Source of the DNA: the human T2T-CHM13v2.0 reference genome, Homo sapiens
Reading direction: 5' to 3' (one strand)
Length of the DNA stretch: 64,000 nucleotides
Assembly (NCBI RefSeq): GCF_009914755.1
Contig: NC_060948.1
Shown: positions 53,652-64,000 of the stretch, piece after piece
Layout of the letters: every line of letters begins with the position of its first letter
Position numbering within the stretch: the stretch's first letter is position 1
Notes under the pieces: generated by a model
What the model was told of the DNA's origin: nothing
The model's database searches: none
Seen by the model: the letters and a program-made list of their open reading frames with translations, nothing else
Translations under genes and position numbers: made by a program

Positions 53652-55774
53652 AGATCCATATTTTTTAAATGAAAAAAAATTTCAAAGGTACTCTGCTTGG
53701 TACAATAATCAAATGTATAAACTGAGGAATAAAACATAACCATGAAACCTACTTATAACTGCATATGGAAAATACAGAGGATAATTTTTTAAATAACATA
53801 TTTTGAAAGCCTTAACTAGTAATTTGAAGAGTTGGCATTTGAAAGGCCAGTATGAATATACCTTCAAAGCAGCAACACAGGTTCCCCATGAGAAAAAGCA
53901 AACACAGGGAAAATAAAAACACAAAGGTTCAATCTCTTCTGACCTTTGAAAGACACAGCACAGACAGTGGTCCTTAGGACGAAGAGCAGGAGACCCCTAA
54001 TTCCGTCACCATGGCGATAGGGCATAAACATTGCTGGGTGAGGGCACAATCCACATTGTGAGGTCCAACTGCTGCCAGGAAGACAGGAGTGCTTTTACAT
54101 AGACCGAAAGGTCATTGAAGGCTCAGAGTTTTGTTTCAAGAACTGAATCCCAAGCCCACACGTTATTAGGCTGCGCTTCTTAAAACAAGTTATGAGATGG
54201 GAAAAAGGGCACCCACAAACATACGTATACATTATGTATATAATAATATACAGTATCATATATATAATATATATAACCTATGTATAATATTGTTTTACAT
54301 CCTGCATCTTATGTTATATATATTGTATAAAATATAATAATTGATAATATATAAGTTTTATAATTATACAATATGACATATAGTATATATTATAATTTAT
54401 GACATATATAATATATGTTATATGTCATATATAGAATATATTATACGGTTAATATACGTATTAAATATAAATTATACATTATATATATTATATATAATAT
54501 ATCTGTTATATATAATACCCATTATGCATAATATATATATTATGTCTATGTTATATATAGTATAAAACAACATATAATAATATATAATTGTATATATAAA
54601 ATGCGACATATAATATATATTATATTTTATAACATATGTAATATATATTATATATTATATATAATACGTTGTCTGTATAATACCTATATTAAATATATAT
54701 TATATGACTATGTTATTAATTACATGTCACATGTGTTATATATTATATATTTTACATAGAATATACCGGTTACATACAATATATACTATGTTACCTATAA
54801 TGTATAATTTATTACATGTAAAATAAAGAATGCAATATATTATGTAAAATTTATAATATACCATATGTGGAATGTGATATATATAACATATAATATATGA
54901 TATATGATATACAGTATATGATATATAACATACAATATATGATTCCTAATATATATGGTATACAATATATATTTTATGATATGTATTCTTTATGTTTTAT
55001 ATTCTGTTATATATAACTATTTGAAATTATATATAACTGTATATTTTATGTAAATATGTAATATAATATATATAACTATATAATATATTATATATAACTA
55101 TATATTATGTTATATATACTTTTATAACATAATTTACATAAAATATCATAATATAATATATATTATATTATTTCATATTACATAATATATATTACATATC
55201 ACCCAATATAACTAACATACATAATATTATAATATAGATTATATTATGTTATATTAAATATCATATATATCATGTATCATATATTCTATAATATATATTA
55301 CACATTATATAATATGTATGTTGTCTATTATGTGATATATATAACTATATATAATTATATTTTTATACATATAACTAGATAAACATGTAATTCTACATAT
55401 TTTCGTTTATAATATGTAGAATTATATAATCATATATAATTATTTATATTCTATAAAAAATTTTATCATTATATAAATTATAATATATAAAAATTATAAT
55501 ATGTACTACAAATATATATATTATATATCATATATGCTATAGTACCTTTGTTATATATCATAATACATATAAATGTGTATTATGTTATCTATAATTATAT
55601 AATTTCATATATAAGATGTATAATGTGTATCATATATTATATATGTTATGTAATCTATATAGTATATATAAGATGACACAGGATAAATATTATATACTAT
55701 GACATATAAAATATATGAGGTTATATGTTACATATAAGGCATAGCACATAACATGTAATATATATCATATATAA

Positions 55775-56066
55775 TTTTTTTTTAGACAGAATCTTGTCCT
55801 GTTGCACAGGGTGGGGTACAATGGCGCCATCTTTGCTCACTGCATCTTCTGCCTCACGGGTCCAAGCGATTGTCCTCCCTCAGCCTCCCAGGTAGCTGGG
55901 ACTACACCACACTGGGACTACACCAGCTGCCACCATGCCTAGCTAATTATTTGGATTTTTAGTAGTGACAGCGTTTCACTGTATTGGCCAGGATGGTCTT
56001 GACCTCTTCACCTTTTGATCCCCTTGCCTTGGCCTCCAAATTTGCTGGGATTACAGGCCTGAGCCA
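55775..56066 (-). mobile_element. Alu within DYZ2 unit 24
   Basis: Copy of 140-431, B-type variant. Confidence 0.96.
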
Positions 56067-58168
56067 AGATCCATATTTTTTAAATGAAAAAAAATTTCAA
56101 AGGTACTCTGCTTGGTACAATAATCAAATGTATAAACTGAGGAATAAAACATAACCATGAAACCTACTTATAACTGCATATGGAAAATACAGAGGATAAT
56201 TTTTTAAATAACATATTTTGAAAGCCTTAACTAGTAATTTGAAGAGCTGGCATTTGAAAGGCCAGTATGAATATACCTTCAAAGCAGCAACACAGGTTCC
56301 CCATGAGAAAAAGCAAACACAGGGAAAATAAAACCACAAAGGTTCAATCTCTACTGACCTTTGAAAGACACAGCACAGACAGTGGTCCTTAGGACGAAGA
56401 GCAGGAGACCCCTAATTCCGTCACCATGGCGATAGGGCATAAACATTGCTGGGTGAGGGCACAATCCACATTGTGAGGTCCAACTGCTGCCAGGAAGACA
56501 GGAGTGCTTTTACATAGACCGAAAGGTCATTGAAGGCTCAGAGTTTTCTTTCAAGAACTGAATCCCAAGCCCACACGTTATTAGGCTGCGCTTCTTAAAA
56601 CAAGTTATGAGATGGGAAAAAGGGCACCCACAAACATACGTATACATTATGTATATAATAATATACAGTATCATATATATAATATATATAACCTATGTAT
56701 AATATTGTTTTACATCCTGCATCTTATGTTATATATATTGTATAAAATATAATAATTGATAATATATAAGTTTTATAATTATACAATATGACATATAGTA
56801 TATATTATAATTTATGACATATATAATATATGTTATATGTCATATATAGAATATATTATACGGTTAATATACGTATTAAATATAAATTATACATTATATA
56901 TATTATATATAATATATCTGTTATATATAATACCCATTATGCATAATATATATATTATGTCTATGTTATATATAGTATAAAACAACATATAATAATATAT
57001 AATTGTATATATAAAATGCGACATATAATATATATTATATTTTATAACATATGTAATATATATTATATATTATATATAATACGTTGTATGTATAATACCT
57101 ATATTAAATATATATTATATGACTATGTTATTAATTACATGTCACATGTGTTATATATTATATATTTTACATAGAATATACCGGTTACATACAATATATA
57201 CTATGTTACCTATAATGTATAATTTATTACATGTAAAATAAAGAATGCAATATATTATGTATAATTTATAATATACCATATGTGGAATGTGATATATATA
57301 ACATATAATATATGATATATGATATACAGTATATGATATATAACATACAATATATGATTCCTAATATATATGGTATACAATATATATTTTATGATATGTA
57401 TTCTATATGTTTTATATTCTGTTATATATAACTATTTGAAATTATATATAACTGTATATTTTATGTAAATATGTAATATAATATATATAACTATATAATA
57501 TATTATATATAACTATATATTATGTTATATATACTTTTATAACATAATTTACATAAAATATCATAATATAATATATATTATATTATTTCATATTACATAA
57601 TATATATTACATATCACCCAATATAACTAACATACATAATATTATAATATAGATTATATTATGTTATATTAAATATCATATATATCATGTATCATATATT
57701 CTATAATATATATTACACATTATATAATATGTATGTTGTCTATTATGTGATATATATAACTATATATATAATTATATTTTTATACATATAACTAGATAAA
57801 CATGTAATTCTACATATTTTCATTTATAATATGTAGAATTATAAAATCATATATAATTATTTATATTCTATAAAAAATTTTATCATTATATAAATTATAA
57901 TATTTAAAAATTATAATATGTACTACAAATATATATATTATATATCATATATGATATAGTACGTTTGTTATATTTCATAATACATATAAATGTGTATTAT
58001 GTTATCTATAATTATATAATTTCATATATAAGATGTATAATGTGTATCATATATTATATATGTTATGTAATATATATAGTATATATAAGATGACACAGGA
58101 TAAATATTATATACTATGACATATAAAATATATGAGGTTATATGTTACATATAAGGCATAGCACATAA

Positions 58169-58483
<315 letters not shown>

Positions 58484-60610
58484 AGATCCATATTTTTTAA
58501 ATGAAAAAAAATTTCAAAGGTACTCTGCTTGGTACAATAATCAAATGTATAAACTGAGGAATAAAACATAACCATGAAACCTACTTATAACTGCATATGG
58601 AAAATACAGAGGATAATTTTTTAAATAACATATTTTGAAAGCCTTAACTAGTAATTTGAAGAGTTGGCATTTGAAAGGCCAGTATGAATATACCTTCAAA
58701 GCAGCAACACAGGTTCCCCATGAGAAAAAGCAAACACAGGGAAAATAAAAACACAAAGGTTCAATCTCTTCTGACCTTTGAAAGACACAGCACAGACAGT
58801 GGTCCTTAGGACGAAGAGCAGGAGACCCCTAATTCCGTCACCATGGCGATAGGGCATAAACATTGCTGGGTGAGGGCACAATCCACATTGTGAGGTCCAA
58901 CTGCTGCCAGGAAGACAGGAGTGCTTTTACATAGACCGAAAGGTCATTGAAGGCTCAGAGTTTTCTTTCAAGAACTGAATCCCAAGCCCACACGTTATTA
59001 GGCTGCGCTTCTTAAAACAAGTTATGAGATGGGAAAAAGGGCACCCACAAACATACGTATACATTATGTATATAATAATATACAGTATCATATATATAAT
59101 ATATATAACCTATGTATAATATTGTTTTACATCCTGCATCTTATGTTATATATATTGTATAAAAATATAATAATTGATAATATATAAGTTTTATAATTAT
59201 ACAATATGACATATAGTATATATTATAATTTATGACATATATAATATATGTTATATGTCATATATAGAATATATTATACGGTTAATATACGTATTAAATA
59301 TAAATTATACATTATATATATTATATATAATATATCTGTTATATATAATACCCATTATGCATAATATATATATTATGTCTATGTTATATATAGTATAAAA
59401 CAACATATAATAATATATAATTGTATATATAAAATGCGACATATAATATATATTATATTTTATAACATATGTAATATATATTATATATTATATATAATAC
59501 GTTGTCTGTATAATACCTATATTAAATATATATTATATGACTATGTTATTAATTACATGTCACATGTGTTATATATTATATATTTTACATAGAATATACC
59601 GGTTACATACAATATATACTATGTTACCTATAATGTATAATTTATTACATGTAAAATAAAGAATGCAATATATTATGTAAAATTTATAATATACCATATG
59701 TGGAATGTGATATATATAACATATAATATATGATATATGATATACAGTATATGATATATAACATACAATATATGATTCCTAATATATATGGTATACAATA
59801 TATATTTTATGATATGTATTCTTTATGTTTTATATTCTGTTATATATAACTATTTGAAATTATATATAACTGTATAATATTTTATGTAAATATGTAATAT
59901 AATATATATAACTATATAATATATTATATATAACTATATATTATGTTATATATACTTTTATAACATAATTTACATAAAATATCATAATATAATATATATT
60001 ATATTATTTCATATTACATAATATATATTACATATCACCCAATATAACTAACATACATAATATTATAATATAGATTATATTATGTTATATTAAATATCAT
60101 ATATATCATGTATCATATATTCTATAATATATATTACACATTATATAATATGTATGTTGTCTATTATGTGATATATATAACTATATATAATTATATTTTT
60201 ATACATATAACTAGATAAACATGTAATTCTACATATTTTCGTTTATAATATGTAGAATTATATAATCATATATAATTATTTATATTCTATAAAAAATTTT
60301 ATCATTATATAAATTATAATATATAAAAATTATAATATGTACTACAAATATATATATTATATATCATATATGCTATAGTACCTTTGTTATATATCATAAT
60401 ACATATAAATGTGTATTATGTTATCTATAATTATATAATTTCATATATAAGATGTATAATGTGTATCATATATTATATATGTTATGTAATCTATATAGTA
60501 TATATAAGATGACACAGGATAAATATTATATACTATGACATATAAAATATATGAGGTTATATGTTACATATAAGGCATAGCACATAACATGTAATATATA
60601 TCATATATAA

Positions 60611-60902
60611 TTTTTTTTTAGACAGAATCTTGTCCTGTTGCACAGGGTGGGGTACAATGGCGCCATCTTTGCTCACTGCATCTTCTGCCTCACGGGTCCA
60701 AGCGATTGTCCTCCCTCAGCCTCCCAGGTAGCTGGGACTACACCACACTGGGACTACACCAGCTGCCACCATGCCTAGCTAATTATTTGGATTTTTAGTA
60801 GTGACAGCGTTTCACTGTATTGGCCAGGATGGTCTTGACCTCTTCACCTTGTGATCCCCTTGCCTTGGCCTCCAAATTTGCTGGGATTACAGGCCTGAGC
60901 CA
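60611..60902 (-). mobile_element. Alu within DYZ2 unit 26
   Basis: Copy of 140-431, B-type variant. Confidence 0.96.
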
Positions 60903-63030
60903 AGATCCATATTTTTTAAATGAAAAAAAATTTCAAAGGTACTCTGCTTGGTACAATAATCAAATGTATAAACTGAGGAATAAAACATAACCATGAAACC
61001 TACTTATAACTGCATATGGAAAATACAGAGGATAATTTTTTAAATAACATATTTTGAAAGCCTTAACTAGTAATTTGAAGAGCTGGCATTTGAAAGGCCA
61101 GTATGAATATACCTTCAAAGCAGCAACACAGGTTCCCCATGAGAAAAAGCAAACACAGGGAAAATAAAACCACAAAGGTTCAATCTCTACTGACCTTTGA
61201 AAGACACAGCACAGACAGTGGTCCTTAGGACGAAGAGCAGGAGACCCCTAATTCCGTCACCATGGCGATAGGGCATAAACATTGCTGGGTGAGGGCACAA
61301 TCCACATTGTGAGGTCCAACTGCTGCCAGGAAGACAGGAGTGCTTTTACATAGACCGAAAGGTCATTGAAGGCTCAGAGTTTTCTTTCAAGAACTGAATC
61401 CCAAGCCCACACGTTATTAGGCTGCGCTTCTTAAAACAAGTTATGAGATGGGAAAAAGGGCACCCACAAACATACGTATACATTATGTATATAATAATAT
61501 ACAGTATCATATATATAATATATATAACCTATGTATAATATTGTTTTACATCCTGCATCTTATGTTATATATATTGTATAAAATATAATAATTGATAATA
61601 TATAAGTTTTATAATTATACAATATGACATATAGTATATATTATAATTTATGACATATATAATATATGTTATATGTCATATATAGAATATATTATACGGT
61701 TAATATACGTATTAAATATAAATTATACATTATATATATTATATATAATATATCTGTTATATATAATACCCATTATGCATAATATATATATTATGTCTAT
61801 GTTATATATAGTATAAAACAACATATAATAATATATAATTGTATATATAAAATGCGACATATAATATATATTATATTTTATAACATATGTAATATATATT
61901 ATATATTATATATAATACGTTGTATGTATAATACCTATATTAAATATATATTATATGACTATGTTATTAATTACATGTCACATGTGTTATATATTATATA
62001 TTTTACATAGAATATGCCGGTTACATACAATATATACTATGTTACGTATAATGTATAATTTATTACATGTAAAATAAAGAATTCAATATATTATGTAAAA
62101 TTTATAATATACCATATGTGGAATGTGATATATATAACATTTAATATATGATATATGATGTACAGTATATGATATATAACATACAATATATGATTCCTAA
62201 TATATATGGTATACAATATATATTTTATGATATGTATTCTATATGTTTTATATTCTGTTATATATAACTATTTGAAATTATATATAACTGTATAATATTT
62301 TATGTAAATATGTAATATAATATATATAACTATATAATATATTATATATAACTATATATTATGTTATATATACTTTTATAACATAATTTACATAAAATAT
62401 CATAATATAATATATATTATATTATTTCATATTACATAAAATATATTACATATCACCCAATATAACTAACATACATAATATTATAATATAGATTATATTA
62501 TGTTATAATAAATATCATATATATCATATATCATATATTCTATAATATATATTACACATTATATAATATGTATGTTGTCTATTATGTGATATATATAACT
62601 ATATATATAATTATATTTGTATACATATAACTAGATAAACATGTAATTCTACATATTTTCATTTATAATATGTAGAATTATATAATCATATATAATTATT
62701 TATATTCTATAAAAAATTTTATCATTATATAAATTATAATATATAAAAATTATAATATGTACTACAAATATATATATTATATATCATATATGATATAGTA
62801 CCTTTGTTATATATCATAATACATATAAATGTGTATTATGTTATCTATAATTATATAATTTCATATATAAGTTGTATAATATGTATCATATATTATATAT
62901 GTTATGTAATATATATAGTATATATAAGATGACACAGGATAAATATTATATACTATGACATATAAAATATATGAGGTTATATGTTACATATAAGGCATAG
63001 CACATAACATGTAATATATATCATATATAA

Positions 63031-63322
63031 TTTTTTTTTAGACAGAATCTTGTCCTGTTGCACAGGGTGGGGTACAATGGCGCCATCTTTGCTCACTGCA
63101 AATTCTGCCTCACGGGTCCAAGCGATTGTCCTCCCTCAGCCTCCCAGGTAGCTGGGACTACACCACACTGGGACTACACCAGCTGCCACCATGCCTAGCT
63201 AATTATTTGGATTTTTAGTAGTGACAGCGTTTCACTGTATTGGCCAGGATGGTCTTGATCTCTTCACCTTGTGATCCCCTTGCCTTGGCCTCCAAATTTG
63301 CTGGGATTACAGGCCTGAGCCA
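63031..63322 (-). mobile_element. Alu within DYZ2 unit 27
   Basis: Copy of 140-431, C-type variant. Confidence 0.96.
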
Positions 63323-64000
63323 AGATCCGTATTTTTTAAATGAAAAAAAATTTCAAAGGTACTCTGCTTGGTACAATAATCAAATGTATAAACTGAGGAA
63401 TAAAACATAACCATGAAACCTACTTATAACTGCATATGGAAAATACAGAGGATAATTTTTTAAATAACATATTTTGAAAGCCTTAACTAGTAATTTGAAG
63501 AGTTGGCATTTGAAAGGCCAGTATGAATATACCTTCAAAGCAGCAACACAGGTTCCCCATGAGAAAAAGCAAACACAGGGAAAATAAAAACACAAAGGTT
63601 CAATCTCTTCTGACCTTTGAAAGACACAGCACAGACAGTGGTCCTTAGGACGAAGAGCAGGAGACCCCTAATTCCGTCACCATGGCGATAGGGCATAAAC
63701 ATTGCTGGGTGAGGGCACAATCCACATTGTGAGGTCCAACTGCTGCCAGGAAGACAGGAGTGCTTTTACATAGACCGAAAGGTCATTGAAGGCTCAGAGT
63801 TTTGTTTCAAGAACTGAATCCCAAGCCCACACGTTATTAGGCTGCGCTTCTTAAAACAAGTTATGAGATGGGAAAAAGGGCACCCACAAACATACGTATA
63901 CATTATGTATATAATAATATACAGTATCATATATATAATATATATAACCTATGTATAATATTGTTTTACATCCTGCATCTAATGTTATATATATTGTATA

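Overview
The whole 64-kb window is one head-to-tail tandem array of a ~2,420-bp composite unit. It holds 27 Alu-anchored copies (about 26.5 periods) with spacings of 2,413-2,422 bp, and the copies look about 99% or more identical by eye. Each unit is a diverged minus-strand Alu (~292 bp), a moderately GC-rich unique segment (~570 bp) and an extremely AT-rich low-complexity tract (~1,560 bp). This architecture, the unit length and a predicted ~2.15-kb HaeIII fragment match human satellite HSat1B/DYZ2, most likely Yq12 heterochromatin. I find no credible protein-coding gene, RNA gene or CRISPR array; the repeated ORFs are artefacts of the repeat. I cannot support a new biological system here. 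The real signal lies in the variants between copies: a nested higher-order repeat (a 2-mer inside a 5-mer, ABABC-ABABC, 12.09 kb), a monomer expansion, non-adjacent copy sharing, apparent micro-conversion patches, mutation clusters and an apparent lack of CpG hypermutability. There is also a speculative cluster of TCF/LEF, NR4A and SOX-type motifs in every unit. Variant calls were read by eye and need an alignment to confirm. Units are numbered 1-27 by their Alu, and each unit's AT tract follows its GC segment.
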